The position numbers and the translations under genes are program-made. Positions 55,923 to 64,000 of a stretch of DNA of 64,000 bases are shown in pieces; positions within the stretch are counted from its first letter, which is position 1; each line of letters opens with the position of its first letter. The notes below the pieces were generated by a model. It did no database searches. It was given only the letters and a program-made list of their open reading frames with translations, and had not been told where the DNA came from. This DNA comes from an uncultured Candidatus Rokubacteria bacterium (GTDB lineage Bacteria > Methylomirabilota > Methylomirabilia > Rokubacteriales > CSP1-6): assembly GCA_963743355.1 (NCBI GenBank), contig CAVUPM010000001.1, forward strand, positions 849,736 through 913,735. The letters are read 5' to 3'.

Positions 55923-57191
55923 CTATGCCGTGACGCGTGTGTGTTCGATGAGCAGGTCGAGCGTCTTCCGCTCACGCAATCCGTGCCGCAGGGCGTCGAG
56001 ATCGCCGCTCTTCTCCATCATACGACGGACGGCCGGCGCCGGCCGCTGACTGGCTCGGGCGTACTTCTCGACCTCGGCGTCGAGCTCCTCGTCGCTGGTG
56101 GCCAGGGCCTCCTTGTCGGCGATGGCCTCCAGGAGCAGGGCCCGCCGCACGGCCTTCTCGGCCCCCGGCCGCAGCTCGCCCACGATCTTGGTGTAGTCCC
56201 ACTGGATGCCGTCGGGGTCCACGCCCTGGCGGCGCAGCCGCTCCCGGGTGTGCTCGACCTGGTGCGCGACCTGCCGCATCACCATGGTGTCCGGCACCCC
56301 GAACTCGTGGCGGGCGAGCAGCGTCTCCATGACCTTGTCCTCGAGCGCGCGCCGGGACTCGGCCTCCCGCTGCGCCTCCAATCCCCGGCGCAGCTCGGTC
56401 TTCACCGCGTCGAGGGTCTCGAACTCGCCGAGGACCTTGGCGAACTCGTCGTCGAGGGCGGGTAGCACCTTGTCCTTGACCTCGCCGAGCTTCAGGCTGG
56501 CGGTGCCCGGCTTGCCGCGCAACGACTCCATCCGGTGATCCTCGGCGAAGTGCAGGCTCACCTCGCGCGCCTCGCCGGCCCGCATGCCGACCACGGCCGT
56601 GTCGATCTCCGGCAGCACCGTGCCGCTGCCGACCAGGAAGTGATAGCCGTTGGCGGTGGTGGGCTCGTGGTCCTGGGGGGCGAGGGTGTAGTCGACGACG
56701 ACGAGGTCACCGGTGGCGGCGGCGCGCTCGACGCTGTTGAACTGCGCGTGCTGCTCGCGCATCCGCTCGAGCGCCTCGTCGACGTCGGCGTCGGTCACCG
56801 GGACGGGGGCGTGCTGGACCTCGAGGCCCCGGTAGTCGCCCAGCGCGATGGCCGGCTTGACCTCCACGACCGCCGTGAACGACAGCGGCGCGCCCTCTTC
56901 CAGCGTGAGATCCTGAAGATCCGGCTCGTTCACCGGGTCGATCTGGGCCTCGGAGAGCGCGCGGCGGTAGACGTCGGGAATCAGGTGCTCGGCCACCTCG
57001 CGCTTCACGTCGTCGGCGAAGTGCAGCTTGACGAGCGAGCGCGGGACGCGGCCGCGACGGAAGCCCGGCAGGCTGGCCCGCTTCTGCACGCGCCCGTAGG
57101 CCCGCTCCCACTCCTCGGTGACGACGTCGACCGGCGCCTCGACGGCGAGTTTGCGCTTGCAGCTCTCGATTTCCTCGACGGCGACCTTCAT
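55923..57191 (-). CDS. tig: Trigger factor
   Basis: PGFRRGRVP motif, FKBP-like domain, upstream of clpP. Confidence 0.95.
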   Translation of the reverse strand: MKVAVEEIESCKRKLAVEAPVDVVTEEWERAYGRVQKRASLPGFRRGRVPRSLVKLHFADDVKREVAEHLIPDVYRRALSEAQIDPVNEPDLQDLTLEEGAPLSFTAVVEVKPAIALGDYRGLEVQHAPVPVTDADVDEALERMREQHAQFNSVERAAATGDLVVVDYTLAPQDHEPTTANGYHFLVGSGTVLPEIDTAVVGMRAGEAREVSLHFAEDHRMESLRGKPGTASLKLGEVKDKVLPALDDEFAKVLGEFETLDAVKTELRRGLEAQREAESRRALEDKVMETLLARHEFGVPDTMVMRQVAHQVEHTRERLRRQGVDPDGIQWDYTKIVGELRPGAEKAVRRALLLEAIADKEALATSDEELDAEVEKYARASQRPAPAVRRMMEKSGDLDALRHGLRERKTLDLLIEHTRVTA

Positions 57192-57243
57192 GCGAGTCTC
57201 GTTTCCTCGAGCGTGTCGTTGACCAGGACGCGCTGTCCGAATG

Positions 57244-57331
57244 TGGTGCGAGAGGGGGGAGTTGAACCCCCAAGGGCTTTGGGCCCACTGGATCCTAAGT
57301 CCAGCGCGTCTGCCAGTTTCGCCACTCTCGC
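57244..57331 (-). tRNA. tRNA-Leu (anticodon TAG)
   Basis: GCGAGAG acceptor stem, CTGGA-CTTAGGA-TCCAG anticodon arm, long variable arm, GGTTCAA T-loop, CCA end. Confidence 0.97.
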
Positions 57332-57472
57332 GGAAGTCCGACCAGACCGACGACCCAGCATACCCAGGTCGCCCGGGCCTCGCAAGGCACCGGGAATGGG
57401 TGGCCGCCTCCTTGATACCGTCCGGTGCGGGCGCCGATTCGACACGAGACGCTCACAGGAGGAGAAGTACCG

Positions 57473-57901
57473 ATGGCAATCCTGACGCGCATGATCGCGC
57501 TCTCGGGCCTGGCGGTCGTCCTGGTCGCGACGCCATCCGGCGAGGCGCAGACCCAGGCCGACTTCGACGCGTGCAATCAGGCCGCGAGGGCCTCGAGCCC
57601 GAGCGCTTCACCCCGCACCTTGCCGGGCACGGCCGGCGGCGGCTCGACGATGACCTCACCGGGCAGCACCGACGCCAACCGCCAGCCGAACGCGACCGGC
57701 CGCATCAGCGGCAGCGCGGGCTCACCGGGAACCGGGGCGGGCACGACATCGGGCGGGGCGAGCGAGACGATCTCCAGCGGCTCGCGCGCCTCATCAGGAG
57801 CCGGGGCTGACGCTCAGCTACGCGGCAGGGCGGCGGCGGGCCTGGCGGACGAGGCCTACCAGCAGGCCTATCGCAACTGCATGACGAGCCGCGGGTTCTA
57901 G
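57473..57901 (+). CDS. Small secreted G/S/T-rich protein with a Cys pair
   Basis: AGGAGG RBS, signal peptide, DFDACN...AYRNCM..RGF. Confidence 0.7.
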   Translation: MAILTRMIALSGLAVVLVATPSGEAQTQADFDACNQAARASSPSASPRTLPGTAGGGSTMTSPGSTDANRQPNATGRISGSAGSPGTGAGTTSGGASETISSGSRASSGAGADAQLRGRAAAGLADEAYQQAYRNCMTSRGF

Positions 57902-57997
57902 GTAGATGGGGGGCCTCGAACGGGCCCCCCAAACCCGCGGGGCGTCCGGCTCCGCCGGGGCGCCCCTCGACCTTCCGACAGGCTCCCGGCGGGCGCC

Positions 57998-58210
57998 TCA
58001 GGCTGCTCTGCTGGGGACTGGGGGACCAGTGACGGCGACTGCTGATGGTTGCTTCTGCAGATAGCGGTGGTGCTCGGCACGGAAGCGCGCGAGGCACCTC
58101 TCGCAGATGCCATCGGTGAACCGTAGGTTCCAGCCGCGCCATGACGCGATCCCGTTGAGCAACGGATACCCCTGGTAGCCTCGATGCCATGCGCATCGAC
58201 AGATCAACAC
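57998..58210 (-). CDS. Small putative zinc-binding protein
   Basis: AGGGGAG RBS; CAWH...TDGICERC. Confidence 0.6.
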   Translation of the reverse strand: MLICRCAWHRGYQGYPLLNGIASWRGWNLRFTDGICERCLARFRAEHHRYLQKQPSAVAVTGPPVPSRAA

Positions 58211-58399
58211 GGCGCGCTCCCCTTTCGAGTGCTACCTCGACGGCGAGCAGCGGCAGTGCAAGCGATGTGCCCCACGCGGGCGGCCTGAGGCGATAAGGAC
58301 TTAAGTCCAGGTTGGCACCGCCTGCACAGAGTATTTCTCTGCGCATGTGGAAAAGTCTTCCGGGCGACGGACGTCGGACGCGACGGGCATAATTGGGCC

Positions 58400-60718
58400 A
58401 TGACGTGGCCGTGGCTCCTGTCGTGGCCCTCCGCCCGGCGTCTGCGGGTCGTCGGGCTGGTGGTCGCCACGCTCCTGGCCGTCCTTCTGCTCGTCCTCGT
58501 CGGCTATTCCGCCCTCGCGCTGTCGCGCTTCGAGCGCGTCGAGACGCGCCGCGCCACCTACGTGTACGCGGGGGCGCAGCCGCTCGTGGCCGGCGTGCAC
58601 GTACGGCGCGTTGACCTGGCGGGGACGCTGACCCGGCTCAAGTACGTCGAGGCGCGCGGCACCCCGGCGGCGCCGGGGCAGTATCGGCGGGCTGGCAACG
58701 CCTGGGACGTCTACCTGCGCGGCGGCGCGGGCGTGGCCGCCCAGCGGGTGCGGCTCGAGATCCACGACGATCGCATCACGCGCGTGACCCGCGACGGCAA
58801 CGACATCGGCGCCGCCACGCTCGAGCCCGAGATCCTGGCCAGCGCCGACGATCGCCGAGGCGAGGAGCACCGGCCGGTGCGGCTCGGCGACGTGCCGATC
58901 GTGCTGCTCAACGCCGTGCTGGCGGCCGAGGACCACCGCTTCTTCGAGCACGGCGGTCTCGACGCTCGCGGTCTGATCCGGGCCGCCTGGACCAATCTCC
59001 GGGCCGGGCGCGTGATGCAGGGCGGATCGACCATCACCCAGCAGCTCGTCAAGAACCGCCTGGTCGGAGCCCGGCGCACCTACACGCGCAAGCTGAACGA
59101 GGCGTGGCTGGCGACGCTGGTCGAGTGGCGGTACTCCAAGCAGCAGATCCTCGAGGCCTATCTCAACGAGATCTATCTCGGGTCGCGCGGCGGCCTCGCC
59201 ATCCGAGGCGTCGGCGCCGCCGCCCGCGCCTACTTCCGCAAGGAGATCCACCAGCTCACGCCGGCCGAGGCCGCGCTGCTGGCCGGCATGGTGCGCGCGC
59301 CCAACAGCTACTCGCCGGCCGTCAATCCCGAGCGGGCCCGAGCGCGCCGCGACGTCGTGCTGGCTCGGATGCGCGAGCTGGGCACGCTGTCGACCGCCGA
59401 CTGGGAGATCGCGCGCGCCCAGCCGGTGCGCGTGCCGCCGGCGGCCACCACCGGCCAACCGGCGCCCTACTTCACCGACTACGTGCGGCTCGAGCTCGAG
59501 CAGCGGTTCGGCGACGTCGGCGACAGCGTCGGCGGCTCCGTCTACACGACGCTCGATCTCGCCTTGCAGCGCTTCGCCGAGGCGGCGGTGGTGCGCGGCC
59601 TCGACCGGATCGAGACGCGGGTGCCGCGGTTGCGTCGCGAGGAGCCGGGCCGGCGGCTGCAGGCCGCGCTCGTCGCGCTCGACCCGGCCACCGGCGAGAT
59701 TCGCGCGCTCATCGGCGGCCGCGACTACCAGGCGAGCCAGTTCAACCGCGCGGCCCTGGCCCACCGCCAGCCGGGCTCGGCCTTCAAGCCGTTCGTCTAC
59801 CTCGCGGCGCTGCGCGCGCGCGGCGGCCCGCCGGCCCTGACCGCGGCCTCCATCGTGGAGGATTCGCCCATCACGCTGACGGTCGGCCGGGACACCTGGA
59901 GCCCGCGCAACTACAACGACCGCTACGAGGGCCGCGTGACGGTGCGCCGGGCGCTGGAGCAGTCGCTCAACGCCGCCACCGTCCGCGTCGCCGAGAGCGT
60001 GGGGCTCCCGGCGGTGATCGAGACCGCGCGCGCGCTGGGGCTGGCCGGCGAGCTGGCCCCGGTGCCGGCCATGGCGCTGGGGACGTTCGAGGCGACCCCG
60101 ATCGAGCTGGCCCGCGCGTACCTGCCGATCGTCAACGGCGGCGTGCGGCCGCCCGGCGTCGTGGCCGTGCGCGCGGTGCGCGACCGTGACGGCGCGGTCG
60201 ACGCGGGTGACGCCGACGAGCCGGCTGCGGTCATCACGCCGGCCGAGGCGTACCTGCTCACCTCGCTGCTGGAGGGCGTGATCACCTCGGGCACCGGCGC
60301 GTCCGCGCGCGCGCTCGGCGTGACGGGCTCGATCGCCGGCAAGACGGGCACGACCAACGACGGCCGCGACGCGTGGTTCGTGGGGTACGCGCCGCGCCTG
60401 CTGGTGGCCGTGTGGGTCGGGTTCGACGGCGGCGACGCGCACGGGCTGAGCGGGTCGGAGGCCGCACTGCCGATCTGGGCCGATTTCATGCGGCAGGCGC
60501 TCGACGCCTATCCGCAGCCGGCGTTCACCGTCCCGAGCGGCATCGCCTTCTCCGACATCGACATCACCACCGGGCAGCTCGCCAATCGGTTCTGCCCCGC
60601 GGTCGTCCGCGAGACGTTCCTCGCGGGCACCGAGCCACCGCCCTGCACGGACCACGGCGGCGTCGGCGACCAGATCCAGGACTGGTGGAAGCGCGTGCGT
60701 GAATGGTGGCGCCGGTGA
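58400..60718 (+). CDS. mrcB: Class A penicillin-binding protein (PBP1b-like)
   Basis: EDHRFFEH, GGSTITQQL, RQPGSAFKP, SLN, KTGT; UB2H-like segment. Confidence 0.9.
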   Translation: MTWPWLLSWPSARRLRVVGLVVATLLAVLLLVLVGYSALALSRFERVETRRATYVYAGAQPLVAGVHVRRVDLAGTLTRLKYVEARGTPAAPGQYRRAGNAWDVYLRGGAGVAAQRVRLEIHDDRITRVTRDGNDIGAATLEPEILASADDRRGEEHRPVRLGDVPIVLLNAVLAAEDHRFFEHGGLDARGLIRAAWTNLRAGRVMQGGSTITQQLVKNRLVGARRTYTRKLNEAWLATLVEWRYSKQQILEAYLNEIYLGSRGGLAIRGVGAAARAYFRKEIHQLTPAEAALLAGMVRAPNSYSPAVNPERARARRDVVLARMRELGTLSTADWEIARAQPVRVPPAATTGQPAPYFTDYVRLELEQRFGDVGDSVGGSVYTTLDLALQRFAEAAVVRGLDRIETRVPRLRREEPGRRLQAALVALDPATGEIRALIGGRDYQASQFNRAALAHRQPGSAFKPFVYLAALRARGGPPALTAASIVEDSPITLTVGRDTWSPRNYNDRYEGRVTVRRALEQSLNAATVRVAESVGLPAVIETARALGLAGELAPVPAMALGTFEATPIELARAYLPIVNGGVRPPGVVAVRAVRDRDGAVDAGDADEPAAVITPAEAYLLTSLLEGVITSGTGASARALGVTGSIAGKTGTTNDGRDAWFVGYAPRLLVAVWVGFDGGDAHGLSGSEAALPIWADFMRQALDAYPQPAFTVPSGIAFSDIDITTGQLANRFCPAVVRETFLAGTEPPPCTDHGGVGDQIQDWWKRVREWWRR

Positions 60719-61116
60719 CCCGGCGGGCAGGCTGGTGCGTCCTCGGGGCGGTCGTCACCCTCGGCATCGAGGGGTGCGTGTCCGCGCCCTCGGCACCGGT
60801 GACGCCGGCGCCGCACCTGCGGGCGGGAACCCAGACGGGGCGCGCGTCGTGGTATGGCAAGCCCCATCACGGCCGGTTGACCGCCAGCGGTGAGCGCTTC
60901 GACATGCACGCGCTGACCGCCGCGCACCCCACGCTGCCCTTCGGCACGCGGCTGCGCGTGGTGAATGTGGACAACGACCGGCAGGTGGAGGTGCGGATCA
61001 ATGACCGGGGGCCTTCCGTGCCCGGCCGCATCATCGACCTCTCCTACGCCGCCGCCCGTGCCCTCGGCGCCGTCGGGGCCGGGACCGTCCCCGTGAAACT
61101 GACCGTTCTGCCCTAG
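60703..61116 (+). CDS. rlpA: RlpA-like lytic transglycosylase (DPBB)
   Basis: ASWYG, TASGE, AAHPTLP, NDRGP, IIDLS. Confidence 0.92.
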   Translation: MVAPVTRRAGWCVLGAVVTLGIEGCVSAPSAPVTPAPHLRAGTQTGRASWYGKPHHGRLTASGERFDMHALTAAHPTLPFGTRLRVVNVDNDRQVEVRINDRGPSVPGRIIDLSYAAARALGAVGAGTVPVKLTVLP

Positions 61117-61874
61117 CCGCGCCCTTCCCGCCAGCCGCAGATGGTGCAGTACCAGCCGATCACCGAGCCGCGCTCCGTCTCGTAGAGGCCGCACTTCGGA
61201 CATTGACGCTTGCCGTCGGCGCGACCGGCGGGTGCGGAGACCGGCAGCGCCACGGGCTCCGACACCGCGACCGGCGCTGACGACGCGATGGGGGCCGGCG
61301 CGACCGGGAGCGGCTGGCTCACGACCGGCGCCGCCTCGAGGAGCCCCGGCGCGACGGGCAGCCCCGAGAGCTGAGCAACGGTCACCCTCGACATCGCCCA
61401 CCCCGTGGCCATCACCGTGACGATGAAGTTCGCCACGCCGAGCAGCGCCGTGAGCAGGTGGCCAAGCACGCCGAGCGCCGAATTCGGGTACGCCGACGAC
61501 AGGCTCAGCGCGACGAAGTTCGGCGGCGTGAAGATCACGGCGGCGACGAGCGCGGCGACCACGACGCGCCAGAAGACGCCCCACCAGACGCCCAGCAGGC
61601 CGCTCAACGCGTACCCGTAGCGCGCCTCGGCCCAGCGGCTGGTGAGCTGGGGGATGAGCACCAGGCCCCAGATGGTCGCCGCGGCGACACCGAGCGTGAT
61701 GAAGATCACGCCGACGACGGACATGCCGAGAGCGGTGAGCGCGCCACCGACCGCCCCGGCGCCGACGGCGACGAGCAGAACGCGAACGAGCTGTCGCCAG
61801 ACCAGGTACCAGCCGGCCCGGAGCGCGTCGAAGGTGAAGAACCCGAATGGCTCGACGGTGAGCGAGGCGTCCAT
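61113..61874 (-). CDS. Membrane protein with C-terminal zinc ribbon
   Basis: ~4 TM, Pro/Ala linker, CPKC..CTIC. Confidence 0.65.
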   Translation of the reverse strand: MDASLTVEPFGFFTFDALRAGWYLVWRQLVRVLLVAVGAGAVGGALTALGMSVVGVIFITLGVAAATIWGLVLIPQLTSRWAEARYGYALSGLLGVWWGVFWRVVVAALVAAVIFTPPNFVALSLSSAYPNSALGVLGHLLTALLGVANFIVTVMATGWAMSRVTVAQLSGLPVAPGLLEAAPVVSQPLPVAPAPIASSAPVAVSEPVALPVSAPAGRADGKRQCPKCGLYETERGSVIGWYCTICGWREGRG

Positions 61875-61968
61875 TCCGTCCTCCCCGAAGCGATTCTGAG
61901 GTGGCCGGGCGTCGCCTGTCAATTTTCCAGGGCTTTGCTATCCTCGCCTCTCGCCAGAGGAGGACACG

Positions 61969-63321
61969 GTGATCCGAGACCTGGGCAACGGCCTCGTGCT
62001 CCGAGCGGCCACCGCCGACGACTCCGAGCCGCTGGCGGCGTTCGTCGGCGACGTGCTGCGCGCCCAGGACAGCGACACGCCCAGCGCGCCGCTCACCGCC
62101 TGGACGCGCGACCTGATCCAGGGCCGCCATCCCTCGTTCGGGCCCGGCGACGCCACCGTGGTCGTCGACGGCCGCACCGGCGACATCGTCTCCTGCCTGC
62201 ACCTCATCTCGCAGACCTGGGCCTACGGCGGCGTGCCGATCCCCATGGGGCAGCCCGAGCTGATCGGCACCGTGGCGACGCGGCGCGGTGGCGGTCTCGT
62301 GCGCGCGCAGTTCGAGGTCGTGCACGGCTGGAGCGCCGCCCGCGGCCACCGGATGCTCGCCATCAGCGGCATCCCGTGGTTCTACCGCCAGTTCGGTTAC
62401 GAGCTGGCGATCGAGCGCGGCGGCGGCCCCCGCGCGCGCGTCGAGGCGCTGGCCCCGCTCCCGCCGCCGGCGGCGAGCTGGCGCGTGCGACCCGCCGGCG
62501 AGGCCGACATCCCGTTCCTCATCGACCTCACCGCGAGTGCCGCCGGCCGCGCCCAGGTCACCGTGCCCCGCGACGCCGCGCTGTGGCGCTACGAGCTGGC
62601 CGGCAAGCGCGACGAGAGCGCCGCCCGCCGCAAGATCCGGATCCTCGAGCGCGCCGGCGAGCGGGTCGGCTACCTCGCGCACACGGGCGAGCTGTGGGGT
62701 GACTACTTCAACGTCACCGCGTTCGAGGTCAGGGCCGGGGTGTCGTGGCGCGAGGCGTGGATCCCGGCGCTGCACTACCTCGTCGAGGCCGGCCACGCGC
62801 TGGCGAAGGCCGCCCCGGCCGCCTGCTACGCGGTCCTGAGCTTCTGGCTGCTGGGGATGGAGCACCCGCTCTATCGCGTGTCCGGGCTGCAGGAGCGCGA
62901 CCCCGGCTACGCCTGGTACGCGCGCGTTCCCGACGTCGCGGCCTTTCTCCAGGCGGTCGTCCCCGCGCTGGAGCGCCGGTTGGCCGGCTCACCCTGTGCC
63001 GGCCACACCGGCACGCTCACCCTCGGCTTCTACACCGACGGCGTGCGGCTGACGCTCGAGCGCGGCACGGTGACCCGCGTCGACGCCTGGCGGCCCGACC
63101 TCACGGTGCGCGGCATCGAGTTCGGGCGCCCGTCGAGCGACCCGCGCCGGCCGCTGGCGATGTTCCCCGACCGCACGTTCTTGCAGTTGCTGTTCGGCTT
63201 CCGCGCGCTGGAGGAGCTGGAGGCGACGTTCCCGGACTGCGTGGTGCGGACGAACGAGGCGCGTGCACTGCTCGGCGCGCTCTTCCCGAAGCTGCCCTCC
63301 GACGTGTGGCCCGTGCTGTGA
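61969..63321 (+). CDS. GNAT (Eis-like) acetyltransferase
   Basis: RRGGGLVR motif A, GIPWFYRQFGYE; GGAGG RBS. Confidence 0.8.
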   Translation: MIRDLGNGLVLRAATADDSEPLAAFVGDVLRAQDSDTPSAPLTAWTRDLIQGRHPSFGPGDATVVVDGRTGDIVSCLHLISQTWAYGGVPIPMGQPELIGTVATRRGGGLVRAQFEVVHGWSAARGHRMLAISGIPWFYRQFGYELAIERGGGPRARVEALAPLPPPAASWRVRPAGEADIPFLIDLTASAAGRAQVTVPRDAALWRYELAGKRDESAARRKIRILERAGERVGYLAHTGELWGDYFNVTAFEVRAGVSWREAWIPALHYLVEAGHALAKAAPAACYAVLSFWLLGMEHPLYRVSGLQERDPGYAWYARVPDVAAFLQAVVPALERRLAGSPCAGHTGTLTLGFYTDGVRLTLERGTVTRVDAWRPDLTVRGIEFGRPSSDPRRPLAMFPDRTFLQLLFGFRALEELEATFPDCVVRTNEARALLGALFPKLPSDVWPVL

Positions 63322-63324
63322 CGC

Positions 63325-63822
63325 TCAGGCCTGAACGCTGAGGGCCACGATCTGGACGCCCGGCAGGCGGCGCAGGGCCTCGGGCGACACCCGAACCTTC
63401 GACGAGCGGCTGCCGCTGCCGAGGATCGCCCAGTCGAGCGCCATCACCTTGTCGTCGACGTAGATCGGCAGCGCGGCCGGCAGCGCGAACACGGTGACGC
63501 CGCCGATCAGCATGCCGGTGAGCGCACGCGTCTCGTCGGCGGAGGCGAACGAGACCTTGGAGGCGTCCAGCAGGCGCCGGACCGCACGGTTGACGTCCAG
63601 GCGCGTGGTCGCCTTCACGACGCAGGCCGCGTACTGCCGCGGCTCCTTCTTGGAGGCGACGATGATCGTGTTGGCCGCGTGGTCCAGCGGCACGCCGTAG
63701 CGCTCGCAGTAGGCGGCGGTGTCGGCGAACGCCGGATCGATCGGCTGCAGCTCGTAGGGTACCCCGAGCCCGTCGAGGACCGCGGCGACCCGACGCTCGA
63801 TCTCGGCACCGTCGTCGCTCAC
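63325..63822 (-). CDS. YbaK/EbsC aminoacyl-tRNA deacylase family protein
   Basis: SFA..ET..LTGM.IGGV..F, GSGSR..K. Confidence 0.85.
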   Translation of the reverse strand: MSDDGAEIERRVAAVLDGLGVPYELQPIDPAFADTAAYCERYGVPLDHAANTIIVASKKEPRQYAACVVKATTRLDVNRAVRRLLDASKVSFASADETRALTGMLIGGVTVFALPAALPIYVDDKVMALDWAILGSGSRSSKVRVSPEALRRLPGVQIVALSVQA

Positions 63823-64000
63823 GGGACGCCCCGCCGGAAGCTCGTGCCGAGGGTCGAGGGCGGGGTGTCGGGCAGGCTCACCGGGCGCGGGCTCGAGAAC
63901 TCGACGGCGAGCGGCCCTTCCTCGGCGCCGGCGTCGACGTCCACCGTGATGCGCATCGGCGAGCCCGGCCAGCGATAGACGGGCCCGCCGCCGGCGCCGT
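63819..64000 (-). CDS. 3' end of an unidentified CDS (partial)
   Basis: GC3-rich open frame (..YRWPGSPMRITVDVD..) ending in TGA overlapping the ybaK GTG. Confidence 0.5.
   Translation of the reverse strand, partial: GAGGGPVYRWPGSPMRITVDVDAGAEEGPLAVEFSSPRPVSLPDTPPSTLGTSFRRGVP

Noticed and set aside
57244-57331. tRNA as an integration site
   Set aside because: No integrase and no duplicated tRNA 3' end seen in the window; tRNA-Leu upstream of tig is a normal arrangement

Overview
A 64-kb window from a very GC-rich bacterium. The gene content and the GGGGGCC..GGCCCCC intergenic repeats suggest a soil Rokubacteria/Methylomirabilota-like lineage (inference). The standout is a ~15-kb locus (3948-19395) that looks like a eukaryote-style protein N-glycosylation pathway in a bacterium. 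It encodes a WecA/ALG7-type GlcNAc-1-P transferase, a divergent MurG-like GT28 (ALG13/14 role), and clear homologs of eukaryotic ALG1 (GT33) and ALG2. It also encodes an ALG11-like GT4, a PglK-like ABC flippase and an archaeal AglB-type oligosaccharyltransferase. Next to it lies a 1807-aa secreted repeat protein with about 36 N-X-S/T sequons (manual count), none of the bacterial D/E-X-N-X-S/T type. The enzyme set matches the cytosolic half of the dolichol pathway (up to Man5GlcNAc2). Other contents: a re-partitioned cbb3-type oxidase operon with four unannotated micro-ORFs, an ECF sigma/ChrR-like islet, a frameshifted thiolase, lipid/aromatic catabolic genes, tRNA-Leu-tig-clpP-clpX, PBP1b/RlpA, and several families of hairpin/MITE-like repeats. 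All family assignments come from recalled motifs; no database searches were run.
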